A stretch of DNA of 64,000 nt from a virus, in the IMG/VR virus record IMGVR_UViG_3300028392_000036, positions 32,001 through 96,000 of that record, one strand, 5' to 3'. The notes under the pieces are model-generated. The model ran no database searches. It was not told the origin of the DNA and was given only the letters and a program-made list of their open reading frames with translations. A program made the translations under genes and the position numbers. Shown piece after piece: positions 10,152-20,948 of this stretch (its first letter is position 1; each line of letters opens with the position of its first letter).

Positions 10152-10531
10152 TGGCCTATTCAGAAAAAGTAATCGATCATTATGAAAATCCCCGAAATGT
10201 GGGCAGTTTTAGCACTACTGACGATACCGTTGGCACTGGTATGGTTGGTGCACCTGCTTGCGGAGATGTTATGAAGTTACAGATAAAAGTAACAGATGGA
10301 ATTATTACAGATGCAAAATTCAAAACATACGGGTGCGGTTCCGCCATCGCGAGCTCAAGTCTCGTTACAGAATGGGTCAAAGGTCGAACACTTGAGGAAG
10401 CAGGATCCATACGAAATAGCGAAATTGCTGAAGAGCTTGCTCTCCCCCCAGTCAAAATCCACTGCTCCATTCTTGCCGAAGACGCCATCAAAGCCGCGGT
10501 AGAGGACTATCGCAAAAAGCATGTTCAATGA
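10151..10531 (+). CDS. iscU: Fe-S cluster scaffold IscU
   Basis: YSEKVIDHYENPRNVG, APACGDVM, GCGSAIAS, LPPVKIHC. Confidence 0.97.
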   Translation: MAYSEKVIDHYENPRNVGSFSTTDDTVGTGMVGAPACGDVMKLQIKVTDGIITDAKFKTYGCGSAIASSSLVTEWVKGRTLEEAGSIRNSEIAEELALPPVKIHCSILAEDAIKAAVEDYRKKHVQ

Positions 10532-11586
10532 ATCTGTCAGATATTCAGACTTTAACGTTTGAACCTTCTTCCTACTGCAATGCACAGTGTCCGCATTGCC
10601 CTAGATTTAACATAACCAATCATGATGTTTTTGAATCCACAGGAATCCTACATCCTAATTTAAAACTTTTAAATTTAGATTTTTCAACGATAATACCAAA
10701 TTTGCAACTTGACCAAATGACCTCGTTGACAAAGATCATAATTGAAGGTGACAAAGGGGATCCATTAATGAATCCCGACATAGATATTCTATTAGACGCA
10801 TTTGCATCAATGAAAGTTGCGCCAACTGTGGTGCTTACCACCAATGGTAGTATTCGTAATGCAAGTTGGTGGCAAAATCTTGCTAAAAAATATCCTTTTT
10901 TAATAGTACAATTTAGTATAGATGGTCTGGCTGATACAAATCATTTGTATCGCCTGGGATTGAACTATAAGACTATTATAAAAAATCTTTCAACATTTAC
11001 TGAATCTGGTGGACGTGCAATTTGGAAAATGATTGTATTCAAACATAATCAACATCAGACAAAGGAAGTTGAGAATCAATCCAGACAACTGGGTTGTGAA
11101 AAAATTGTTTATATAAGATGTCAGATCGAGAGATTTAAAGGATTGGCGCAATGGCCAGTTATATATAACAATCAAACTCATTATATCTCCCCACCTGATA
11201 TTAATATTCCGTCGTCAGTGACATTTAAAAATACACCAAGTAAAACAATAAAAATCAATAAAGTATTAGATAAAAATTGCCCCTGGGGCAAAAATGGCCA
11301 TGTATATATTGGGTATCAAGGGCATGTGCTACCTTGTTGTATGATGCATTTTGATACTGAATTAAATTACGTAGGACAAACTTATTTAGAAAATTTATCT
11401 CAGGGTTTTGACAATCAGAATTTGCTATTAAATAGCATGGAAAAAATATTAAATAATCCATTGTTCAATGGTTCACTGGAGCAAAGTCTCCAACTTGGAA
11501 AATGGCATAGCACCTGTGTTCAGAATTGTAAACAACAAATTCTAACAAATATTTCAAATCGTAAATCCTATGATATCGTTCACTGA
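10528..11586 (+). CDS. Radical SAM/SPASM-twitch protein
   Basis: CNAQCPHC, TTNG, C..GHVLPCC..CxxxC. Confidence 0.88.
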   Translation: MNLSDIQTLTFEPSSYCNAQCPHCPRFNITNHDVFESTGILHPNLKLLNLDFSTIIPNLQLDQMTSLTKIIIEGDKGDPLMNPDIDILLDAFASMKVAPTVVLTTNGSIRNASWWQNLAKKYPFLIVQFSIDGLADTNHLYRLGLNYKTIIKNLSTFTESGGRAIWKMIVFKHNQHQTKEVENQSRQLGCEKIVYIRCQIERFKGLAQWPVIYNNQTHYISPPDINIPSSVTFKNTPSKTIKINKVLDKNCPWGKNGHVYIGYQGHVLPCCMMHFDTELNYVGQTYLENLSQGFDNQNLLLNSMEKILNNPLFNGSLEQSLQLGKWHSTCVQNCKQQILTNISNRKSYDIVH

Positions 11587-11893
11587 CGCGGCTCGAACAA
11601 AAATACAAAAATTAGTCACAGCCAAAAACTATGCTGGTATTCGTCTTGGCGTAAAAACTACCGGTTGCTCGGGACTTGCTTATGTGTTAGAATACGTTAA
11701 AGAATACAAGTCTGAACCGTATGTTACCAACTATGCACAAAATGATTTTGTAGTACTAGTAAATCATAAAGACGACATCTATCTTAAAAATATGACAGTA
11801 GACTATGTGCGTCAAGGACTAAACGAAGGTTTTGAATTTAGCAATCCTAATGAACGTGACCGATGTGGTTGCGGAGAATCATTTAGAGTATGA
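11570..11893 (+). CDS. iscA: A-type Fe-S carrier IscA/HesB
   Basis: GCSGLAY and CGCGESF motifs. Confidence 0.95.
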   Translation: MISFTDAARTKIQKLVTAKNYAGIRLGVKTTGCSGLAYVLEYVKEYKSEPYVTNYAQNDFVVLVNHKDDIYLKNMTVDYVRQGLNEGFEFSNPNERDRCGCGESFRV

Positions 11894-13170
11894 CCACCCA
11901 AACAATAGAATGGATTAAAAATAATCCTGCATTCTGCACGGCACCTTACGCTGTTTATGATTTTAGATATTATAATGATAAATGTAAAATAACAACCTGC
12001 TGTAACTTAGACTTATCCAGCACCAACAATACTTTGGATCTTGATTTTATAGAAAAGGTCAAGCAAGATATGGCACAGGATGTGGTACCCAACTCTTGTT
12101 GGAGGTGTACATCAGAAGAACAAAACCAAGCGCAAAGTGAGCGTGTGAAATATTTAATAGGACACACGGTTGCTGACTTAGAACAGTTTAAGCAAAATAA
12201 AAAAACAAATGAATTTCAAATTGGTATGAAATTCAGCAACCTATGTAATCTGGCTTGCCGTAGTTGTAATGAAACTGACAGCAGTTTATGGTCAAAGTTA
12301 ATGACTCGTCCCACCAGTCCGGAATATGAAATTGATATTTCGTCTGACGAGATTCTTTGGGACACAATAACTCGTATGATTCGGGCCAAGCATTCAGAAA
12401 CTGACAATTTTATTGTACACCCAATTGGTGGTGAAACAATGATTCAGCCAGGGTTTGCAAAATTAGTTGATTGGCTTATTACAGAAAATCTAGCCAGCAC
12501 AACCACTTTACGTATTACTACTAGTTTGGTTCCTAACATTGCTGACAAGTTTTTGGAAAAGTTTACGTTATTTCAACGTGTACAATTTTTGTCAAGCATA
12601 GATAGCGTGGGTGAAAATTATCATTATGTTCGCTGGCCGGCCCGATTTAACAAAATACAAGATAACCTAAAAACATTCAAAACTTTATCGTCGCAATACC
12701 CTAACAAATTTTCGCTAAGTGTTAGTCCAGTATTTTCATTAAACAATATCTTTTACGCTGTGGACTTCTTGGACTGGTGGGAAAACTGGGCAGATCAAAC
12801 ACAAACTGATTTATGGTTATCTAATATACATTTGTATAATCCAGAAATGTTAATGGTAGAAAGTTTACCATTTGAATACCGCCTGCAATTAACGGTATTG
12901 TTAGACCAGTGTGTTGATCACAATGTTTTTAAAAAATATAAACAAACTGATGTGCTCAGGGGATATTTTTCTGCCATGCAAGCCACAACACAAAACAACC
13001 CAACAGATACACAAACATTGTTCACACAGTATTTAGAATTCACTGCCGACTACGACAACCGTACAAATACCAACAGTTATCAATTAAATTCAAAACTATT
13101 TGACTTACTATCTAGCACACACCAAAATATATACAACTCTCACTTGAAATATGTACAATCCAAAATTTGA
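11890..13170 (+). CDS. Radical SAM protein with N-terminal twitch domain
   Basis: FCTAPY..CC..CxxC, CNLACRSC, GGE, YVRWP. Confidence 0.85.
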   Translation: MTTQTIEWIKNNPAFCTAPYAVYDFRYYNDKCKITTCCNLDLSSTNNTLDLDFIEKVKQDMAQDVVPNSCWRCTSEEQNQAQSERVKYLIGHTVADLEQFKQNKKTNEFQIGMKFSNLCNLACRSCNETDSSLWSKLMTRPTSPEYEIDISSDEILWDTITRMIRAKHSETDNFIVHPIGGETMIQPGFAKLVDWLITENLASTTTLRITTSLVPNIADKFLEKFTLFQRVQFLSSIDSVGENYHYVRWPARFNKIQDNLKTFKTLSSQYPNKFSLSVSPVFSLNNIFYAVDFLDWWENWADQTQTDLWLSNIHLYNPEMLMVESLPFEYRLQLTVLLDQCVDHNVFKKYKQTDVLRGYFSAMQATTQNNPTDTQTLFTQYLEFTADYDNRTNTNSYQLNSKLFDLLSSTHQNIYNSHLKYVQSKI

Positions 13171-13867
13171 TTATCAACCAATTCCTCGCGTGACCATAGA
13201 GGGCAAGCGTTACTACGCCACCCCAGATGGCAACAACTTACCTAGTGTGACCACGATCCTTGACAAGACCAAACCACCAGAAAAAGTTGAAGCACTGAAT
13301 CAATGGCGTCGTCGTGTGGGCGCAGAAAAAGCACAACAGATCACCACTGAAGCCGCCAATCGCGGCACACGTATGCACACCTATCTTGAACACTATGTCA
13401 AAACAGGCGAACGAAAAGAACGTGGATCAAATCCCTTCTCTTGGCCCAGTCACGCAATGGCGGATGTGGTAATTGATCAAGGACTAAAGAATGTAGGTGA
13501 ATTTTGGGGAATTGAAGTTCCATTGTATTTTCCTAGTGTGTATGCAGGCACAACAGACGGCGCGGGCATACATTTAAATGAAGAAGCCATACTAGACTAC
13601 AAGCAAACCAACCGGCCCAAAAAGCGTGAATGGATTGATGATTACTTTGTACAACTATGTGCCTATGCAGAAGCACATAATGAATTGCACGGTACACGAA
13701 TACGAAAAGGCGTAATTTTGATGTGTGTTAAACCGGACTTAGACGAACAACACAACATCATTGGAAAGCCCCAATACCAGGAATTTGTGCTGGAAGGCCA
13801 AGAATACGACCGTTATCGGGACTTATGGTGGAAAAAGGTCGAACAGTACTACTTGCTAAATATGTAA
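13151..13867 (+). CDS. PD-(D/E)XK exonuclease (Cas4/MGME1-like)
   Basis: PSVTTIL, RGTRMH, E..AGTTD..LDYKQ, QLCAY. Confidence 0.85.
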   Translation: MYNPKFDYQPIPRVTIEGKRYYATPDGNNLPSVTTILDKTKPPEKVEALNQWRRRVGAEKAQQITTEAANRGTRMHTYLEHYVKTGERKERGSNPFSWPSHAMADVVIDQGLKNVGEFWGIEVPLYFPSVYAGTTDGAGIHLNEEAILDYKQTNRPKKREWIDDYFVQLCAYAEAHNELHGTRIRKGVILMCVKPDLDEQHNIIGKPQYQEFVLEGQEYDRYRDLWWKKVEQYYLLNM

Positions 13868-13886
13868 TATCGCAAGGACTATTACT

Positions 13887-15689
13887 GTGGCAATTGTACA
13901 AATATCACGAATCACACAACGCAAGGGTTTAGCACAAGACTTACCCTCTCCTTTGGCCGGCGCTGAATTGGGCTGGGCAACAGACACACGCAGACTTTAC
14001 ATTGGCAACGGCACATTACAAGAAGGTGCACCTGTTGTGGGCAACACTGAAGTGTTAACTGAGTTCAGTGATATTCTCAATTATGCTACAGAATACACTT
14101 ATCGGGGAGAAGATTTTGGTTTACTTCCGCCGGTACAAACTGGCACAAGCTCAAGCACCGCTGTAAGTCAGAGTTTGCAGTCCAGACTAGATAGTAATGC
14201 TATAATTACAGATTTTGGCGCCACTGGCGATGGTGTAACTGATGTTACTGCCAATATCAATAATGCATTAAATCAATTGTATTGTCAAAACGCGGCATTG
14301 ACCAGTGTTCGCAGAAGTTTATATTTTCCAGCTGGAACTTATATTATCTCTGACACATTAAACATACCGCCGTATTGTAATCTATACGGCGATGGTCCAG
14401 AAAGTACGATTATATATTTTTATGTGTCAACATGGACCAATACTGTTACCTATGCTGGTGGCGTGTTAGTGAAAAACGGCACCAGCTATTATAGAAGTAC
14501 TGGCGCGGTACCTATTGGCACTGCAATTGGCAATACCACTTATTGGACTCCAGCTACATTGCCAAGTTATATTGCAAGAACTGCCGATAGTATACAACAA
14601 ACTGGAGACAACATCGGAACCAATGGTGCATTACTACCGGGTAGTTTTGAAATAGCTAGAATGAAGTTCACTACCAATCAAATCATGAATGGATTTTATG
14701 TTGAAGCCGCACAAGATTGTGCTTTTCAAAGTGTAAACATTGCTGGCCCAGAGACAACAAGTTCGTTAAATGTGTCCACAAACAATACTGCCTGCGTTCG
14801 TTGGAATTCGACAAACGCTTCTGTTTGTAGTAATATTGAATGGAATCATTGTTCGTTCTCTGGCATGGTATATGGCAGCAACACTGACGAGCAAATTCAA
14901 GGAGCCACAATTAGTAATTGCTCATTTGACACATTGTATCAAGGGATCTACTTAGGCAATGCTGTGGCACCAACTGTGGGCCCAACTGGCTTCCGTATTA
15001 TAGCCAACAACTTTGATAATATCTATGCAGAAGGCATAGTGATAGTGAATGTGGGACTCAATTGTTCAGCATATAATATATTCTATGATGTAGGTAATAG
15101 TTTTAACGGCACAACTAATCCTGCCACTCCAGTGATCGACATGAACGGAATTGATAATGTCAGCGTAGGCGATATGTTCCAACGTTCGAATCCGTACGCC
15201 ACAGCACTCAAGCCGAGAATCAAACTCAATGACCTCAATGGTATTGCACTGGGTATGAATGTCAGTAACTTTGTATTCTGGAAAAATGGGTCGAACCCAG
15301 CAATCAATGCCAATCCTGCAAATGCTTTCAACCAGGCCAATCAATTAGCATTGGGAGTTTATCAGCGTACCTCTGGTATTACCGATGCCTTAACAGACAA
15401 CTCTACCAACATTACTTTGTTTACGTTTGATGCAATTTATATCAAGGCCATAAAGTTTGATTACACCATCGTGCGAGGCACGGCTGTGCGAACAGGAAAC
15501 TACACAGTGGTAGTAGGAACTGACTCGTCCGGTACAGGAATACAAGGTGTAGATGATGGCGTACAAAATTCTGTACCAGGTGTGACTTTTACTCAAAGCG
15601 AATCTGGCAGTGTGGTCACGGTCAAATACACCACTACCTCAACTGGTAGTAACGGAACCATTTATTATTCAGTTACAAAACTAGCCTAA
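13887..15689 (+). CDS. Virion protein with pectate-lyase-like beta-helix (tailspike/fibre)
   Basis: N-terminal GELGWATDTRRLYIGNG, DFGATGDGVTD, LYFPAGTY, Asn-rich beta-helix; TAAATA upstream. Confidence 0.7.
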   Translation: MAIVQISRITQRKGLAQDLPSPLAGAELGWATDTRRLYIGNGTLQEGAPVVGNTEVLTEFSDILNYATEYTYRGEDFGLLPPVQTGTSSSTAVSQSLQSRLDSNAIITDFGATGDGVTDVTANINNALNQLYCQNAALTSVRRSLYFPAGTYIISDTLNIPPYCNLYGDGPESTIIYFYVSTWTNTVTYAGGVLVKNGTSYYRSTGAVPIGTAIGNTTYWTPATLPSYIARTADSIQQTGDNIGTNGALLPGSFEIARMKFTTNQIMNGFYVEAAQDCAFQSVNIAGPETTSSLNVSTNNTACVRWNSTNASVCSNIEWNHCSFSGMVYGSNTDEQIQGATISNCSFDTLYQGIYLGNAVAPTVGPTGFRIIANNFDNIYAEGIVIVNVGLNCSAYNIFYDVGNSFNGTTNPATPVIDMNGIDNVSVGDMFQRSNPYATALKPRIKLNDLNGIALGMNVSNFVFWKNGSNPAINANPANAFNQANQLALGVYQRTSGITDALTDNSTNITLFTFDAIYIKAIKFDYTIVRGTAVRTGNYTVVVGTDSSGTGIQGVDDGVQNSVPGVTFTQSESGSVVTVKYTTTSTGSNGTIYYSVTKLA

Positions 15690-16114
15690 TGTGGCCTCGA
15701 ACTTTTGCCGAAAGGCTTGAGAGTTGGGCACAACTCCGTCAACAAGCCGCCACCGCTGATGTAGAAACAGCACTCCGAGCCATCAATTCATGGTGGTTTC
15801 AAACCCCCTGGCGAGCATATCATTTGCACTGGGACGATCGTGCCAGTTGGCCAGATCCCTGGCAATTATTGAGCGATGATATCTATTGTCCTCTTGCTCG
15901 CGGACTAGGAATCCTGTATACTATAACTATGCTAGATCGTGCAGATCTGCAGGATGCTGTGTTGGCGGAGTTTGGTAGCGACAATTTAGTCCTGGTTGCC
16001 AAAAAGAAATATATACTGAATTGGGATCCAGAGCAGATGTTAAATATCACTTTAGGGCGTTCCAAACCCCAACACAGCATTACGCAAGAGCAAATACAAC
16101 AACAAATTAGGTAA
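15689..16114 (+). CDS. Hypothetical protein, possibly transglutaminase-like Cys protease fold
   Basis: WPDPWQLL..YC..A.G..YT pattern reminiscent of the BTLCP family. Confidence 0.4.
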   Translation: MWPRTFAERLESWAQLRQQAATADVETALRAINSWWFQTPWRAYHLHWDDRASWPDPWQLLSDDIYCPLARGLGILYTITMLDRADLQDAVLAEFGSDNLVLVAKKKYILNWDPEQMLNITLGRSKPQHSITQEQIQQQIR

Positions 16115-16116
16115 CA

Positions 16117-18432
16117 ATGAAGCAAATAACAGTACAAAAACGCAGTGGTCGCCGTGAACCACTAGCATTAGAAAAATGGCAGGCACAGATAGCCAAGGTT
16201 TGTGCAGGCATAGCAGATGTAAGTCAGTCAATGATAGAGATCAAAGCCCAGTTGCATTTTTATGATGGTATCACAACCAACGAAATTGATGGTATCACGC
16301 TCAGAGCCATAGTGGATCTAATTGACGTAGAATCAAATCCCGATGTGGGGCACACCAACTATCAGTACGTGGCAGGCAAACAACGACTATCAATGTTGCG
16401 TAAGGATGTGTATGGCTCATACGATCCTCCTCACCTGTATGAAATTGTAAAGAAGAATGTGGAAACAGGACTTTACACTAGTGAACTATTAGAATGGTAT
16501 AGTGAAGAAGACTGGAATCGTATGGAAGACATGATTGATCATGGCAAGGACGAACAATATTCATATGCGGCAGTGGAACAATTGATTGAAAAATATCTTG
16601 TGCGTAACAGAAGCACAAAGGAAATCTATGAAACGCCACAAGTTCGTTATATGATTGCGGCTGCCACGGTGTTCCACACGGAAGAACCCAACACAGCCCG
16701 TATGCGTTACATAAAGGAATACTACAATGCCGCAAGTGATGGATTATTTACCCTTGCTACTCCCGTGCTTGCTGGTCTCGGTACCCCTACTAAGCAATTC
16801 AGTTCGTGCGTACTCATTCGCAGTGATGATGACCTGGATAGTATTTTTGCTAGTGGCGAAATGATGGCCAAGTATGCCAGCAAACGTGCTGGTATTGGCC
16901 TAGAGATTGGACGATTGCGTCCACTAGGCTCACCCATTCGTGGTGGCGAAATCATGCACACAGGCATGATACCATTTTTAAAGAAGTGGTTTGGCGACCT
17001 ACGTAGTTGCTCACAAGGAGGTATTCGCAATGCAAGTGCTACTGTATTCTATCCTATTTGGCATCTTCAGTTTGATGATCTTATCGTTCTTAAAAACAAC
17101 CAAGGCACAGAAGAAACCCGTGTCCGGCACATGGACTATGGGGTTGTTCTTTCCGCATTTTTCTGGAGACGATTCAAGAACAAAGAAAACATAACATTCT
17201 TTGATCCCAACCAAGTACCTGAACTGTACGAAGCGTTCTATGCCAACACTGAACGTTTTGAAAAACTCTATGTGGAATACGAAAAGCGTCGGGACCTGCG
17301 TACCAAGACCATGAGTGCAGAAGAAGTGTTCAAGTCAGGCATACTCAAAGAGCGTACTGACACTGGACGTATCTATCTTGTGTTTATCGACAACGTTCAG
17401 AACCAAGGACCGTTTGATACTGAATATCATACCATTTACCAGAGTAACCTTTGCTGTGAAATCTTACTTCCTACAAAACCTTTCAAACGTCTTGACGATG
17501 CCGAAGGACGCATTGCTCTTTGCACACTGGGCTCAATTAACTGGGGTGCGTTCAGGAATCCTGAGGATATGCGTAGGGCTTGTAGAATTCTGCAACGCAG
17601 TCTCTGTAACATTCTCGACTACCAAGACTTCCTGTCGATCCAGAGTCAGTTATCAAATGACGAAATTCAGCCGCTTGGTATCGGCATTACTAACTTGGCT
17701 TACTGGCATGCCAAGCGAGGACTGCAATATGGTAACAAAGACGCTCTTGGAGAGGTCAAATCTTGGATGGAACACCAGGCCTTCTATCTTACCGAAGCAA
17801 CAGTTGAACTTGCTAAGGAAAGAGGCCGTTGCAAAGATTCTGACCGCACCTACTACGGTCGTGGTATATTTCCTTGGGAACGACGTGCCAACGGCGTAAA
17901 TGAATTAACAGACTTCTCTCCTGAACTGAACTGGGAAGGCCTACGTGCCGAGATGCGTAGTTATGGAGTACGCAATGCTACACTGATGGCCATTGCACCT
18001 GTAGAGTCTAGTAGTGTAGTAATTAACTCTACCAATGGTATCGAAATGCCAATGAGCCTGATCAGTGTAAAAGAATCTAAGGCAGGGAGCCTTACACAAG
18101 TTGTACCTGAGTATCACAAGTTGAAAAACAAGTATCAAATGATGTGGGCACAGAAAGACTGCGATGGTTATTTGAAAACAGCGGCTGTGTTGGCGGCCTA
18201 TGTTGATCAAAGCATCAGCACCAACACATTCTACAACCCAGCACACTTTGCTGACCGTAAAGTTCCAACAACGTTAATTGCCCGGAACTTGATGCAGGCA
18301 CACCACTGGGGATTGAAAACATTCTATTACAGTTTGATTAACAAAGCAGGTAGTAAACAAACTGCTGAAGTGGCCCCTCTTGAAATCATTGACTTTGATC
18401 TTGAGGAAGACTGCGAAGCCTGTAAGTTATGA
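16117..18432 (+). CDS. nrdA: Ribonucleotide reductase class Ia alpha subunit
   Basis: ATP cone, FSSC, SNLCCEI, GLKTFYY, C-terminal CEAC; no intein or intron. Confidence 0.97.
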   Translation: MKQITVQKRSGRREPLALEKWQAQIAKVCAGIADVSQSMIEIKAQLHFYDGITTNEIDGITLRAIVDLIDVESNPDVGHTNYQYVAGKQRLSMLRKDVYGSYDPPHLYEIVKKNVETGLYTSELLEWYSEEDWNRMEDMIDHGKDEQYSYAAVEQLIEKYLVRNRSTKEIYETPQVRYMIAAATVFHTEEPNTARMRYIKEYYNAASDGLFTLATPVLAGLGTPTKQFSSCVLIRSDDDLDSIFASGEMMAKYASKRAGIGLEIGRLRPLGSPIRGGEIMHTGMIPFLKKWFGDLRSCSQGGIRNASATVFYPIWHLQFDDLIVLKNNQGTEETRVRHMDYGVVLSAFFWRRFKNKENITFFDPNQVPELYEAFYANTERFEKLYVEYEKRRDLRTKTMSAEEVFKSGILKERTDTGRIYLVFIDNVQNQGPFDTEYHTIYQSNLCCEILLPTKPFKRLDDAEGRIALCTLGSINWGAFRNPEDMRRACRILQRSLCNILDYQDFLSIQSQLSNDEIQPLGIGITNLAYWHAKRGLQYGNKDALGEVKSWMEHQAFYLTEATVELAKERGRCKDSDRTYYGRGIFPWERRANGVNELTDFSPELNWEGLRAEMRSYGVRNATLMAIAPVESSSVVINSTNGIEMPMSLISVKESKAGSLTQVVPEYHKLKNKYQMMWAQKDCDGYLKTAAVLAAYVDQSISTNTFYNPAHFADRKVPTTLIARNLMQAHHWGLKTFYYSLINKAGSKQTAEVAPLEIIDFDLEEDCEACKL

Positions 18433-18620
18433 ACAGTTTAGAAAAGATCTGGGCCCGGGCTACTGGGCACTTGATGGGCGAGTCTGATCATGATCGTCCA
18501 GATGTACCTATATTGACCTTGAGTGAAGCTCGCATTGCTTTGTTTTTGAAAACTTTCTGGGTAACCATACACGTGATAACTTGTTGTTTTATTATTGCTG
18601 GCGTTGTAAGACACTGGTAA
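18429..18620 (+). CDS. Small membrane protein
   Basis: ATGA coupling, C-terminal hydrophobic helix. Confidence 0.6.
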   Translation: MNSLEKIWARATGHLMGESDHDRPDVPILTLSEARIALFLKTFWVTIHVITCCFIIAGVVRHW

Positions 18621-18621
18621 A

Positions 18622-19872
18622 ATGAATATCCTATTTTCGTATCAATCTCACGTGATGACAATACTAATTGATAGTTTGTCTCGAGCTGGGCATACTGTTG
18701 ATGTTGTCGTGCCCGGCTGGGTTCCTGGTTTAAGAATAGAAGGATTGTCTAAATACAAAACTACAATTTGTAAAGATAGCAATGAGTTTCTGTCTATTGT
18801 TAACAATAGTCTTGATAGCGGTCAATACGATTATTTTTATCCCAGCTGGTCAGATTTTGTTACATCAAAAGCAGTCGAAGCAAATGAACGCAACAACTTG
18901 CCAACTATACCAGGTTCAGCCGCTGAATATATCAACACCAAGGATTCCTATTATAAAATTTTTGAACAGTTAGATATTCCTGTTCCCGAAATATATGCAA
19001 TGATACCGTTGGGTCAAAATCTTGATACAGTTCCTGACAACATAAATTTTCCTTGCGTTGCAAAACCCAGTCATGCAGTAAGCAAACCTGGCATGCAAAT
19101 ACTCAACAATCAACAAGAATTAATTGATTTTTTCTCATCACAATCTCAACGTATCAATCCTCAATACAATCCTCGTGGCAAGCCATATATGCTACAACAA
19201 TACATAGTTGGAGATGCATTTAGTATCATGGGGCATGTGGTTGATGGCCAAGTCACTATTGATTTTGCGTATGATATCGAAACTGACTGTAAGCCTTACG
19301 CATCCGAGACTGGTTGTGTATTTCCTAGCAAACAAAATACAGAGCAGTTGATTCCTTACATTCAAAAGTTCTTTGATCATATCAAAATAGATAATACTAT
19401 TTGGATGTTTGATCTCATAGTTGATCAAGAACAAAAGTTTTATTTTATAGATTTTGGGGCACGAGCACCTACCAACCCGCAGTTGTTGGTCAAATACAGT
19501 GGCGAACCGGACTATGCGGCCAAAATAATAGACCGTTTGTTTAACCACAAGAAATTTGTGTTAAATAACACTCACGCAGTGATTTGGAGGCAATTAAAAA
19601 TGCCAGCAGGGTTAATTGAGTCTCTAGAGTGCTATCGACCAGAACTAGCAGTAGAACTTAACTTGCCACAAGATGCAATTTGGACACCTACTAATGATTA
19701 CGAAGTACATCAAAATCCATATGCTGTAGTGGTTGCAGATACTTTGGAACAAGCAGAACAAAAGTTCATTGACTTACAACAATCGATTGTAGTAAAATAC
19801 AAGATGCAGTTCAAAGATCGGTATTCTGAAATCTTTTGGAAAAAGAAATGTCAAAACAACAATATAATTTAA
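18622..19872 (+). CDS. ATP-grasp domain protein
   Basis: TKDS..K, FPCVAKP, LQQYIVG, FYFIDFGAR motifs. Confidence 0.75.
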   Translation: MNILFSYQSHVMTILIDSLSRAGHTVDVVVPGWVPGLRIEGLSKYKTTICKDSNEFLSIVNNSLDSGQYDYFYPSWSDFVTSKAVEANERNNLPTIPGSAAEYINTKDSYYKIFEQLDIPVPEIYAMIPLGQNLDTVPDNINFPCVAKPSHAVSKPGMQILNNQQELIDFFSSQSQRINPQYNPRGKPYMLQQYIVGDAFSIMGHVVDGQVTIDFAYDIETDCKPYASETGCVFPSKQNTEQLIPYIQKFFDHIKIDNTIWMFDLIVDQEQKFYFIDFGARAPTNPQLLVKYSGEPDYAAKIIDRLFNHKKFVLNNTHAVIWRQLKMPAGLIESLECYRPELAVELNLPQDAIWTPTNDYEVHQNPYAVVVADTLEQAEQKFIDLQQSIVVKYKMQFKDRYSEIFWKKKCQNNNII

Positions 19873-20948
19873 AAACAAAAACAGATTATCTAAACCGTAA
19901 AATGTTTCTGGACCCAGCAGGCCCTGTTACAGTCCAACGGTTTGAAGAAGTCAAGTATAACAAACTGGTCAAGTACGAACAAGAAGCACGTGGGTTCTTT
20001 TGGGTACCAGAAGAAATCTCTTTGACCAAAGATGCACAAGACTTTAAAGATGCCAGTGACACTGTCAAACATATTTTTACATCAAACTTACTACGCCAAA
20101 CAGCACTAGACTCGTTGCAAGGCCGTGGCCCCAGTCAAATCTTTACACCTGTTGTATCGATTCCTGAACTTGAAGCCTTGATCTACAACTGGACCTTCTT
20201 TGAAACCAACATTCACAGTCGCTCATACAGTCACATTATTCGCAACATCTACAACGTGCCCAAGGATGTGTTCAACACAATCCACGACACACAAGAGATT
20301 GTGGATATGGCATCGAGTGTGGGCAAATACTACGATGATTTGCACCGGTTCAATTGTAGTGTTGAACTAGGCATTACTGGTAGCGAACCCGAACATATCA
20401 AGGCAGTTTGGCTGGCACTGAACGCAAGTTACGCATTAGAAGCATTCCGCTTCATGGTATCATTTGCCACAAGTTTAGCCATGGTGGAGAACAAAATCTT
20501 TATCGGCAACGGTAACATCATTCAGTTGATCCTACAAGATGAAATGCTACACAAAGAGTGGACTGGGTGGTTGATCAATCAAGTGGTCAAAGAAGATCCA
20601 AGATTTGCCGCTGCCAAAGCCGAATGCGAAGGCGAAGTGTATCAGATGTATCTGGATGTGATCCGTGAAGAAAAAGCCTGGGCTGACTACTTGTTCAACA
20701 AAGGCCCGGTGATCGGACTTAATGCTAACATTCTCAAAGACTTTGTGGACTTCACAGCATTCAACGCACTCAAAGAAATTGGCATCAAGTACACACAAGA
20801 GCATCCACGTTCAACGCCTATCCCTTGGTTTACCAAGCACGTGGACACCAGCAAGAAACAAACAGCATTACAAGAAAACGAAAGCACCAACTATGTTATT
20901 GGTGTCATGAGTGACAGCATTGACTACGACGAGTTACCAGAACTATAA
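19848..20948 (+). CDS. nrdB: Ribonucleotide reductase class Ia beta subunit
   Basis: FFWVPEE, LDSLQGR, ETNIHSRSY, DEMLH di-iron/tyrosyl motifs. Confidence 0.97.
   Translation: MSKQQYNLKTKTDYLNRKMFLDPAGPVTVQRFEEVKYNKLVKYEQEARGFFWVPEEISLTKDAQDFKDASDTVKHIFTSNLLRQTALDSLQGRGPSQIFTPVVSIPELEALIYNWTFFETNIHSRSYSHIIRNIYNVPKDVFNTIHDTQEIVDMASSVGKYYDDLHRFNCSVELGITGSEPEHIKAVWLALNASYALEAFRFMVSFATSLAMVENKIFIGNGNIIQLILQDEMLHKEWTGWLINQVVKEDPRFAAAKAECEGEVYQMYLDVIREEKAWADYLFNKGPVIGLNANILKDFVDFTAFNALKEIGIKYTQEHPRSTPIPWFTKHVDTSKKQTALQENESTNYVIGVMSDSIDYDELPEL

Noticed and set aside
13151-13867. Cas4/CRISPR system
   Set aside because: Stand-alone phage exonuclease without Fe-S cysteines; no repeat-spacer array or other cas genes seen
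16117-20948. Introns, inteins or homing endonucleases in nrdA/nrdB
   Set aside because: Both ORFs are continuous and of normal length; no HNH, GIY-YIG or LAGLIDADG ORF nearby
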